NCBI GenBank assembly: GCA_051887755.1
Contig: JBJFAF010000001.1
Span: 1-26,981, forward strand
Reading direction: 5' to 3'
DNA length: 26,981 nucleotides
Origin: Candidatus Coproplasma sp.
GTDB taxonomy: Bacteria; Bacillota; Clostridia; Christensenellales; Borkfalkiaceae
Below, one piece after another: positions 1 to 7,133 of this stretch (its first letter is position 1; the number at the start of each line of letters is the position of its first letter). The notes below the pieces were generated by a model. It was not told where the DNA came from. It saw only the letters and a list, made by a program, of their open reading frames with translations, and ran no database searches. Both the position numbers and the translations under genes were made by a program.

Positions 1-2
1 TA

Positions 3-209
3 TTCAGAGAGGTGGGATTAACGGGCGAAGTACGGGCCGTTCAATACGCCGAAAAGAGGGTCTCCGAGTGCGTTAAAATGGGTTTTAAAAGGGTGCTTTT
101 GCCCGCCAAAAATTTAAAGTCCGTCGCAAAATATGCGGATAAAATTAGTATCGTACCCGTATTATACTTAGGTACGATGCTCAAATCGCTGTTCCCCAAG
201 GAACAATGA
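3..209 (+). CDS. radA: DNA repair protein RadA/Sms, C-terminal fragment (5' truncated by window edge)
   Basis: The frame is open from position 3: FREVGLTGEVRAVQYAEKRVSECVKMGFKRVLLP matches the RadA Lon-like C-terminal motif GEVGLxGEVR...RxxEAxKxGFKxxxxP. Confidence 0.8.
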   Translation, partial: FREVGLTGEVRAVQYAEKRVSECVKMGFKRVLLPAKNLKSVAKYADKISIVPVLYLGTMLKSLFPKEQ

Positions 210-249
210 TTAAAACCAACTAAATTGCTCATATACAGGGGGTTATAAT

Positions 250-858
250 ATGATAATTACCATTTCAAGACAATTCGGAAGCGGAGGCAGAGAGGTCGGC
301 AAAAGACTTGCCGACGAGTTGGGTTACGCCTACTACGATAAAGAGCTCGTGACCAAAATTTCAAAACACACGGCTCTTAACGAGGACTATGTAAATTCCG
401 TTCTGGAAAAGGGTGGGTTTTCCAACTTTGCGTTCAGCTTTGCGCACACTATGCCGCTCGTATCTCCCGTGCCCGACTGTGCGACCGAAGTGCTCGTCGG
501 ACAGCAGAAGGTCATCAAGGCTATCGGCGAAAAGGGCAATTGCGTTATCGTCGGGCGCTGTGCGGACGTAATCTTGGCAAATCTTAAGCCCGTTAAAATC
601 TTCGTCTATGCGAGCGACGCCTCCAAAATCAAGCGTTGCAGAGAGCGCGCCGCCGAGGGCGAAGACGTCTCCGACAAGCGCATTTTAAAGAATGCGAGGG
701 CAATAGATAAAGGCAGAGCAAGGCTGTGCGACCTACTTTCCTCCCACCCTTGGGGCGATAAGGAATCTTACGACTTAATGCTCAATACCTCCGACGTTGA
801 CGTTAAAAGTATCATTCCTGCGCTTGCTGAGATGGTCAAGGCGATAGGTAATAAATAA
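250..858 (+). CDS. Cytidylate kinase-like family protein (Cytidylate_kin2)
   Basis: N-terminal IITISRQFGSGGREVGKRLADELG P-loop-like motif, VIVGRCAD and YDLMLNTS motifs; SD-like GGGG upstream. Confidence 0.85.
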   Translation: MIITISRQFGSGGREVGKRLADELGYAYYDKELVTKISKHTALNEDYVNSVLEKGGFSNFAFSFAHTMPLVSPVPDCATEVLVGQQKVIKAIGEKGNCVIVGRCADVILANLKPVKIFVYASDASKIKRCRERAAEGEDVSDKRILKNARAIDKGRARLCDLLSSHPWGDKESYDLMLNTSDVDVKSIIPALAEMVKAIGNK

Positions 859-928
859 TACGCCCTACCCATAAAAGCAATGCTTTTATAAAATTGAACC
901 TGCCGCCTTTAGCTACGGCGCCATTTTT

Positions 929-2314
929 ATGCAGACAAATCTCAACGATAATCAATTAAACAACTTACCGACGGACGAAAACGCAACCTCGCAGTTTGCC
1001 CGTTCTTTCACGTTTAGGCGTCTATTAAAATTCGTCCTGCCGTCGATTATAATGATGGTCTTCACCTCCGTCTACGGCGTCGTGGACGGAATTTTCGTTT
1101 CCAACTTTGCGGGCGAGACGGCGTTTGCCGCAGTCAATTTGATTATGCCCGTGCTTATGGCATTTGCCACGCTCGGCTTTATGATAGGCGCAGGCGGTGC
1201 GGCGCTCGTTTCAAAACTTTTAGGCGAGGGAGACAGGCGAAAGGCTAACGGCATATTCTCCTTTTTGATTGCCGTAACCGTAATTATCGGCTTAACCGCA
1301 ACCGCCATCGGCGAAGTTTTTATGCCCGACTTGGCACGGCTTTTAAAAGCCGAGGGAGAAATTTTTGACAACTGCGTCTTATACGGCAGAATAAATATGG
1401 CGGGCATAACCCTGTTTATGCTGCAAAACGTGTTCCAAAGCTTTTTCCCCGTTGCCGAAAAGCCAAAGCTAGGGCTTGCGTTTATAATCTCGGCAGGCGT
1501 GACCAACGCCGTTTTAGACGCCGTTTTTTTAGCAGGGTTCAAATGGGGCATAGTTGGTGCGGCGGCGGCAACCGTGACGGGTCAGGCGGTAGGCGGTTTA
1601 TCCCCCGTATTGTACTTTACGATTAACCGCAAAGGCGTCTTGCGCTTAGGCAAACCGTTAGTAGATTTTAAAGCTTTAGCTAAAACCTGCGCCAACGGCT
1701 CTTCCGAGCTGATGACGAATTTGTCGCTATCGCTTGTCAATATACTATATAATTATCAGCTTATGCGCCTCGTCGGCGAGAGCGGCGTAAGCGCATACGG
1801 CGTTTTGATGTACGTCAACTTTATATTCTGCTCCGCCTTTATAGGCTACTCGGTGGGTGTAAGCCCGATAATCGGGTTCAACCTCGGGGCAGGAAATAAA
1901 GCCGAGCTGAAAAACGTATTTAAAAAGAGCATTATAATAGTTGCAATAGCCTCGGTTTGTATGTTTGCGCTTGCTATGGCACTATCCTATCCCCTGCCCT
2001 ATATCTTCGTCGGGTATAACGAGGAATTGTTCGCCCTCACCCGCAGGGGGTTTACGATTTGTGCATTTATGTTTTTAGTGCTCGGCTTTAACATTTTCGG
2101 CTCGGCGTTCTTCACTGCCTTAAACAACGGGCTTATTTCTGCTATACTCTCCTTTATGCGCACGCTTTTACTACAGGTTGTCTGCGTAATCGTCTTACCT
2201 ATCCTATGGGGCGTGGACGGTATTTGGTCGGCAAACGTGTTTGCAGAGCTTTTAGCAATTGCAATAACGACGACGTTTATCGTATGCTTTAGAAAGAAAT
2301 ACGGATATTTATGA
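929..2314 (+). CDS. MATE family efflux transporter
   Basis: 461 aa, about 12 hydrophobic segments, with internally repeated MATE motifs (VYGVVDGIFVSNFAG..AFAAVNL; GYSVGVSPIIGFNLGAG). Confidence 0.93.
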   Translation: MQTNLNDNQLNNLPTDENATSQFARSFTFRRLLKFVLPSIIMMVFTSVYGVVDGIFVSNFAGETAFAAVNLIMPVLMAFATLGFMIGAGGAALVSKLLGEGDRRKANGIFSFLIAVTVIIGLTATAIGEVFMPDLARLLKAEGEIFDNCVLYGRINMAGITLFMLQNVFQSFFPVAEKPKLGLAFIISAGVTNAVLDAVFLAGFKWGIVGAAAATVTGQAVGGLSPVLYFTINRKGVLRLGKPLVDFKALAKTCANGSSELMTNLSLSLVNILYNYQLMRLVGESGVSAYGVLMYVNFIFCSAFIGYSVGVSPIIGFNLGAGNKAELKNVFKKSIIIVAIASVCMFALAMALSYPLPYIFVGYNEELFALTRRGFTICAFMFLVLGFNIFGSAFFTALNNGLISAILSFMRTLLLQVVCVIVLPILWGVDGIWSANVFAELLAIAITTTFIVCFRKKYGYL

Positions 2315-2333
2315 TACGGCGTATTCTAAGTTA

Positions 2334-2375
2334 CCGCCGCACGTTTTATTTATAAAGCGTGCGGCGGCGTTTTTT
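2334..2375 (+). terminator. Intrinsic terminator after the MATE gene
   Basis: CCGCCGCACG...CGTGCGGCGG stem followed by CGTTTTTT. Confidence 0.75.
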
Positions 2376-2453
2376 GCCGAATACAAAATATTCCAAATAC
2401 GCAAGGAGTATAACCGCTCTCTTTTGGCGCAAGATAATTTTACGGAGGGCATT

Positions 2454-3050
2454 ATGGAATTTGACGAAACTAAGACTTATTTGAACTTAGCCCGCTCGTT
2501 TGCGGGTGAAAGTCAGGCGGGTATGCGCTATCAGCTTATTGCGAGAGAGGCTACGGCACAGGGTTATATTGCGCTTGCCGACGAGATTAAGACGCTTGCC
2601 AAAAACGAAACCGTCCATGCAAGGAGGTTTTTTGAAGAGCTGACCAAAAGAGGCAAAAAGCTCGATAATATCGAAATAGACGCAGGCTACCCCTATCATA
2701 CGGGAGATTTAACTGAAATGCTTAAGCTTGCCGCAATCGACGAGAAAAACGAACACGAACGCATTTACCCTGCTTTTGCTAAGGAGGCGGCTGACGAGGG
2801 CTTTGACGACGTTGCGGCGTTGTTCAATATGATTGCCAACGTTGAAAAGCACCACGAGCAGATTTTTAACTACCTCCACGAGGCTATGGAGAGCGGCAAC
2901 CTGTATAAAAACGAAAGCCCCATTCTTTACGTCTGCAAGGAATGTGGTTTTATGCACACCTCCACCGAGGCGTGGACTGTTTGCCCTTTGTGTAAAGAAA
3001 GCCAAGGCTTCGTCACGTTGAACGTGCCCTACGGGAAGGAGAAATCATGA
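2454..3050 (+). CDS. rbr: Rubrerythrin family protein
   Basis: FAGESQA, ETVHARRF and EKHHE diiron motifs plus C-terminal CKECG...CPLC rubredoxin-like site. The ATG at 2454 is preferred over the TTG at 2424 because GGAGG lies at 2444-2448. Confidence 0.9.
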   Translation: MEFDETKTYLNLARSFAGESQAGMRYQLIAREATAQGYIALADEIKTLAKNETVHARRFFEELTKRGKKLDNIEIDAGYPYHTGDLTEMLKLAAIDEKNEHERIYPAFAKEAADEGFDDVAALFNMIANVEKHHEQIFNYLHEAMESGNLYKNESPILYVCKECGFMHTSTEAWTVCPLCKESQGFVTLNVPYGKEKS

Positions 3051-3142
3051 AGAAAGCTAACAATCAGGAAAACAAGCAGACTAAAAATTGCAGTAACACC
3101 AAGAACTGCGGCTCTTCCAAAAGCACGAAAAACTGCAAATAA
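3047..3142 (+). CDS. Putative 31-aa Lys/Asn/Cys-rich peptide MKKANNQENKQTKNCSNTKNCGSSKSTKNCK
   Basis: ATGA overlap with the rubrerythrin stop, AAGGAG SD at 3036-3041, three TKNC repeats. Confidence 0.65.
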   Translation: MKKANNQENKQTKNCSNTKNCGSSKSTKNCK

Positions 3143-3152
3143 ATTTTACAGT

Positions 3153-3233
3153 TTGGACGACCCGTTCGGCAGTTATACGGGCACTTGCGCCGACCCGCGC
3201 GAAAAGCCCGTTCAGGATGCAGACGACCTTTAA
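3153..3233 (+). CDS. Putative 26-aa acidic peptide (M/L)DDPFGSYTGTCADPREKPVQDADDL
   Basis: TTG start 10 nt after the previous stop and ending just before a terminator. The DPxGSYTG...PVQDADDL motif resembles short clostridial hypothetical proteins (recalled, not verified). No SD, so the start is uncertain. Confidence 0.55.
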   Translation: MDDPFGSYTGTCADPREKPVQDADDL

Positions 3234-3253
3234 CTGCCTGCGGTAAATTTAAT

Positions 3254-3294
3254 GAGCGCCCCTTGCAAAGATTTGCAGGGGCGTTCTTCTTTTT
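3254..3294. terminator. Terminator between convergent transcription units
   Basis: GAGCGCCCCTTGCAAA-GA-TTTGCAGGGGCGTTC stem-loop followed by TTCTTTTT on the + strand. Confidence 0.75.
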
Positions 3295-3384
3295 ATCGTA
3301 AAGCTATCACAAGGGAAGGCGTTCTTCCTCTATTATTATCCTATTTTCCCGAACAGTCCTCCTTGCCACATAGATTTCCCGTCT

Positions 3385-4278
3385 TTATAAAATACGCTGT
3401 GCCTGAATATAATAGCTCCAACGCTTGGTAGAAATTTGCTCAATTCTCGCATAGTCGGAGGACGTGTGCAGAATGTAGTTGTCGCCAAGGTACAAAGCGA
3501 CGTGCCCTACTCTTTCTATTCCCACGTTGTTTTTACGGGCGTCGTTGGTGAAGAATAATAAATCGCCCCTGCGAATTTCCGACTTTTTAACCGTCGTACC
3601 CTGATAGATTTGCGTGCGGGTATTAAGCTTTAAATTCACGTCAGCGCCCAACTTAAAGATATATTGCATTAGCGAAGAGCAATCGAATTGAGTTGCGGTA
3701 AAGCTTGAAATGCGCTTGCCGTTCTCGTCTAAATACCTCGTTGCGCCGTAGACGTATGGCACACCCAAACACTTACCTCCCTCCAAAATGACCGCCTCTA
3801 TCTTTTCGTTTTCGCTTGCGTCCATATAGGTGAGCGTACAATAGTTTGCGTAAATATACGCCGTCTTATTTTTATACATCGTCTTTAGCCAGTTGCCGCT
3901 ACGCCCTGCGTATATGTATATAGCCCCCTTTTCGGCAACGCCCAAAACCGAATAGTTCGTGCCTGCGCCGCTGCGGATATTTACGCTTTCCGCATTGACC
4001 TTGATATATTCCGCCTTAGCGAGTGTCGGCTCTTGCACAGGGGGCGCAACCTCCTCTGCGGGCGGTGCAACGTTGGGCGGGGTCGCCTCGTCCACGTCGG
4101 GCGGAGTTTCGTCCGCTACGGGCGGAGTATCTTCTGCGTCGGCGGGCGGGAGTTCTTCCACTATTTCGCTATCGGGCGGAAGCTCCTCGGTAATTTTTTG
4201 TGCGCTACAGCCGAACGCCGCCACGCACGAGGTTGCGGTAATAAAAGCCGCATAAACTAAAATGATTGCCTTTTTCAT
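3385..4278 (-). CDS. Secreted or lipoprotein SH3 + NlpC/P60 (C40) cell-wall peptidase
   Basis: Signal peptide MKKAIILVYAAF..AAFGC, acidic Pro-rich linker, SH3b (VNIRSGAGTNYSVLG), catalytic FDCSS, GHVALYLG and ILHTS. Start at 4278 chosen from the AAGGAG SD. Confidence 0.9.
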   Translation of the reverse strand: MKKAIILVYAAFITATSCVAAFGCSAQKITEELPPDSEIVEELPPADAEDTPPVADETPPDVDEATPPNVAPPAEEVAPPVQEPTLAKAEYIKVNAESVNIRSGAGTNYSVLGVAEKGAIYIYAGRSGNWLKTMYKNKTAYIYANYCTLTYMDASENEKIEAVILEGGKCLGVPYVYGATRYLDENGKRISSFTATQFDCSSLMQYIFKLGADVNLKLNTRTQIYQGTTVKKSEIRRGDLLFFTNDARKNNVGIERVGHVALYLGDNYILHTSSDYARIEQISTKRWSYYIQAQRIL

Positions 4279-4412
4279 TTTTACGTTTTCTCCTTTTGGA
4301 ATTTTCCCCATTATAACCCAAGTCAGGCAGGGTATTCAATGCAAAAAATTTTCCATTAAAAGCAGTTAAAGGCAATCAAGTTAATATAATCTATTCAGTT
4401 TTAAAAAGGCTA

Positions 4413-5135
4413 TCAATTTAATCTCAGTTTAGAGAAGGTTTCTCCGATAGGCGCTTTGATTACGAGCTCCGCATCGCTATCCGCCGAGGTCGCACTCTTA
4501 TTTATAACCACGAGGTGCTTGCCGTTAAAATAGTTTATAAGCCCTGCGGCAGGGTAGACCACGAGCGACGTACCCCCTATAATAAGCGTATCCGCCCTTG
4601 AAATGGCGTTAATAGAACCGCTGACCACGCTATCGTCGAGCGATTCGCCGTATAAAACCACGTCGGGCTTTACAACGCCGCCGCACTCGCAGTGCGGAAC
4701 GCCCGTTGACCCCGCTATATAGTCCAACGAAAAGAACTTTTTACACCTTTGACAGTAGTTGCGGTGGATACTTCCGTGTAGCTCGAACACCCTTTTGCTT
4801 CCCGCCTTTTGGTGCAAGCCGTCTATGTTTTGGGTGATTACGCAGTCAAGCTTTCCCACAGTCTCCGCACGGGCTAAAAACAGGTGTGCGGCGTTGGGCT
4901 TTGCGGACTGAAATATCATCTTGTCTCGGTAAAAACGGTAAAACTCCTTGGTGTTCGCAAAGAAGAAATCGTGGGAGATTATATGCTCGGGAGGATAGGC
5001 ATATTTCTGATTATACAGCCCGTCGGCAGAGCGGAAGTCGGGTATACCGCTCTCCGTCGATACCCCTGCGCCGCCAAAAAATACCACTCTTTTGCTATCG
5101 TCTAAAATAGCTTGTAAACGCTCTATATCGTCCAT
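4413..5135 (-). CDS. cobB: NAD-dependent protein deacylase (sirtuin, Sir2/CobB family)
   Basis: GAGVSTESGIPDFRS, TQNIDGLHQKAG, ELHG, Zn-binding CQRC..CEC, KPDVVLYGE, GTSLVVYPAA. Confidence 0.93.
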   Translation of the reverse strand: MDDIERLQAILDDSKRVVFFGGAGVSTESGIPDFRSADGLYNQKYAYPPEHIISHDFFFANTKEFYRFYRDKMIFQSAKPNAAHLFLARAETVGKLDCVITQNIDGLHQKAGSKRVFELHGSIHRNYCQRCKKFFSLDYIAGSTGVPHCECGGVVKPDVVLYGESLDDSVVSGSINAISRADTLIIGGTSLVVYPAAGLINYFNGKHLVVINKSATSADSDAELVIKAPIGETFSKLRLN

Positions 5136-5160
5136 ATTATACCTGTTAATTAAATCTACT

Positions 5161-5188
5161 AAAAACCGCCGTACTTGTACGGCGGTTT
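5161..5188 (-). terminator. Intrinsic terminator after the DUF1858 gene
   Basis: AAACCGCCGTAC-AA-GTACGGCGGTTT followed by further T residues on the minus strand. Confidence 0.75.
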
Positions 5189-5223
5189 AATTCTTCCTTT
5201 CTGTGTTTTCTGCGGAATAAAAA

Positions 5224-5421
5224 TTATTCCACGCCCTCGTTGAGCTTTGCTAAAAGCTTGTCCAAATCGTTGCCGTGAACGAAAACAGCCTCTTCAATCG
5301 TTTCGCCGTGAGCCATTGCACAGCCTATGCAGTGCATGCCTACGGCTTGAAGAATTTCTGCGCTGTTGGGGTTGATTTTAAGACAGTCTGCAATTAAAGT
5401 GTCCTTGGTTATCTTTGCCAT
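5224..5421 (-). CDS. DUF1858 domain protein (hybrid-cluster-associated redox disulfide domain)
   Basis: ITKDTLIADCL...GMHCIGCAMAHGETIEEA..VHG.D...L..KLN with CxxC; SD GGAG upstream. Confidence 0.88.
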   Translation of the reverse strand: MAKITKDTLIADCLKINPNSAEILQAVGMHCIGCAMAHGETIEEAVFVHGNDLDKLLAKLNEGVE

Positions 5422-5485
5422 TTTTATTTCTCCTATATCGTTAGTTTGCCCTTTCGGGTTAATTTTATTTAAGCAAGTTAAAAAC

Positions 5486-6775
5486 TTATTCAGCCTTATC
5501 CGCCTTCTCTTCTTCCTGCTCCTCTTCGGAGAGCTTAACGACCTTAAGCTCGTTAATTCTCCTAAATTCGGTCATACTTACGGTAATTTTTAAGTTGGCG
5601 TACGTCAGCTCGTCGCCCATAGAGGGCACTTTCCCGAGCATTTCAATGACCCAACCGCCGACGGTTGCGCTTTCGCAATCGACTTCCTTAATATCGAAAT
5701 ATTCGCAGAAATCGTTGAGCGAAGTCGAACCGAGCACCTTAAATTCGGTTTCGCTGACTTCGGTTATATCGGACTCCACCTCGTCGTGCTCGTCCCAAAT
5801 TTCGCCGACGAGCTCCTCCAAAATGTCCTCCATCGTTATTATGCCGACCGTCTCGCCGAACTCGCCCGAAACGACCGCCATATGCGACTTTTTCTTTTGC
5901 AACTGCTGTAACACTGCGCTGATTTTGGTCGTCGATACGACGAATATTGCGGGCTTTGCCGCCTTTTCTAACGAAAATGCGGGGTCCATTCGCTGTTTGA
6001 TAAAGTCCTTCTCGTGCAGAATACCGATAATATTATCTATGCTGTCCTTGTACACGGGCAGACGGGAATAGCGGGTATCGAAGAAGATTTTGTCAATCTC
6101 GTCGAAAGGCGCATTACAATCTACCGCAACGACGTCAACTCGGGGGATAAGGATATCCTTTGCCTCTAAGTCGTTGAATTCGATTGCGCTTTTAATAAGA
6201 GTGCTCTCCTCGGCGTTTATGCCGCCCTCCTGCTCCGCCTCGTCTACCATAATCATAAGCTCGTCGTCGGTGATTGCCGTGTCTTCCTTATGCTTAAAGA
6301 TTTTGGTGAGCATCTTTTTCCACAGCCAGAAAAAGGCGTTGAGGGGCGTAAGCACATACGCAAGAGCGCCGATTATGGGCGCAGACATTCTTGCAAACCC
6401 TTCGGGGTGTTCCTTTGCAAGCGTCTTAGGCGTGACCTCGCCGAAGATTAGCACCGTAACCGTCATAACCAAAGTCGAGAGTACGGTGGCAAGACTTTCG
6501 TTGGACTTTACCCATTCGACGAAGAGCAACGTCATAAGCGACGACGCTAAGATGTTGACTATATTGTTGCCTATTAAAATGGTCGAGAGCAACCTATCGT
6601 AGTTTTCGGCAAGCTTTAAAACTCGCTTTGCGCCCTTATCGCCGTCGTCCGCCTTTGCCCTTAACCTAATTTTATTGATTGCGGTAAACGCCGTTTCCGT
6701 CGCAGAAAAATAGCCCGAAAACAAGACGCATAAAACTACTACTAATACTAAAACTATTTGAGTTGTACTGTTCAT
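5486..6775 (-). CDS. Hemolysin-family / CNNM-CBS-CorC_HlyC divalent cation transporter (CorB/CorC-like)
   Basis: FSATETAF, LSTILIGNNIVNI and FGEVTPKTLA (CNNM/DUF21), tandem CBS domains (YSRLPVY; GIITMEDILEELVGEIWDE), C-terminal CorC_HlyC (ATVGGWVIEMLGKVP). Confidence 0.93.
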   Translation of the reverse strand: MNSTTQIVLVLVVVLCVLFSGYFSATETAFTAINKIRLRAKADDGDKGAKRVLKLAENYDRLLSTILIGNNIVNILASSLMTLLFVEWVKSNESLATVLSTLVMTVTVLIFGEVTPKTLAKEHPEGFARMSAPIIGALAYVLTPLNAFFWLWKKMLTKIFKHKEDTAITDDELMIMVDEAEQEGGINAEESTLIKSAIEFNDLEAKDILIPRVDVVAVDCNAPFDEIDKIFFDTRYSRLPVYKDSIDNIIGILHEKDFIKQRMDPAFSLEKAAKPAIFVVSTTKISAVLQQLQKKKSHMAVVSGEFGETVGIITMEDILEELVGEIWDEHDEVESDITEVSETEFKVLGSTSLNDFCEYFDIKEVDCESATVGGWVIEMLGKVPSMGDELTYANLKITVSMTEFRRINELKVVKLSEEEQEEEKADKAE

Positions 6776-6817
6776 AAATCCTCCAAAACGTTATAAAGAC
6801 AAATTTTTGACCTATCC

Positions 6818-6928
6818 CTACAACGTAAGAAGAATTCTTTTTAACTCAAAATGCGCCCTCGACGTCATTCGGGGCGTATCTGAAAAAAACTGAAAGCGAC
6901 AAGCTCGTCGCTTAGATGGGTCGTCCAT
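6818..6928 (-). CDS. Putative 36-aa leader peptide MDDPSKRRACRFQFFSDTPRMTSRAHFELKRILLTL
   Basis: Strong GAGGAG SD 4 nt before the ATG; lies in the long 5' leader of the CNNM gene and overlaps a terminator-like hairpin. Confidence 0.55.
   Translation of the reverse strand: MDDPSKRRACRFQFFSDTPRMTSRAHFELKRILLTL
6883..6913 (-). terminator. Attenuator-like terminator inside the leader ORF
   Basis: RNA AAGCGAC-GAGCUU-GUCGCUU followed by UCAGUUUUUUU. Confidence 0.6.
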
Positions 6929-6989
6929 AATCTCCTCTTGATTTATTGTGCGGAAGTGTATATTTTATAGTAATATTCCGCTTTTTTAT

Positions 6990-7018
6990 ATAATAACACA
7001 ACGTAAGACGATATGCAA
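6990..7018 (-). promoter_or_regulatory. sigmaA-type promoter for the leader/CNNM gene
   Basis: TTGCAT-N17-TATTAT with TGn extended -10. Confidence 0.55.
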
Positions 7019-7058
7019 TCAATTATCGCAATATTTTTTTTCATTGTGTATTTTAACG

Positions 7059-7107
7059 AAAAAAACCGTAAAATTTAAGCGGAAAGCCGTTTTTAAACCC
7101 TCCGCTT
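7059..7107 (-). terminator. Possible terminator ending the degV-GNAT-GNAT-LPG_synthase_TM operon
   Basis: AAGCGGA...TCCGCTT stem, then T-rich sequence on the minus strand; imperfect. Confidence 0.4.
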
Positions 7108-7133
7108 TGATTTTTATCTTAAAAAATTTCCTC

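Noticed and set aside
3-11. RadA motif reads FREVGL instead of the usual FGEVGL
   Set aside because: A single codon at the window edge; cannot distinguish a natural variant from an edge or assembly error.
3127-3133. G-AAA-AAC as a -1 slippery site
   Set aside because: Imperfect heptamer, and the -1 frame does not encode the conserved-looking peptide (a +1 shift would be needed).
3048-3233. UGA readthrough (selenocysteine) extending rubrerythrin into the DADDL peptide
   Set aside because: The frame is open, but no SECIS-like hairpin follows the UGA, and the overlapping TKNC ORF with its own SD explains the region better.
3959-4260. Gly/Ser-rich and other plus-strand ORFs
   Set aside because: Antisense shadows of the Pro-rich linker. 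The other short opposite-strand ORFs inside genes throughout the track were rejected for the same reason.
6780-7020. M-box, yybP-ykoY, NiCo or fluoride riboswitch before the CNNM gene
   Set aside because: None of their conserved sequence signatures recognised.
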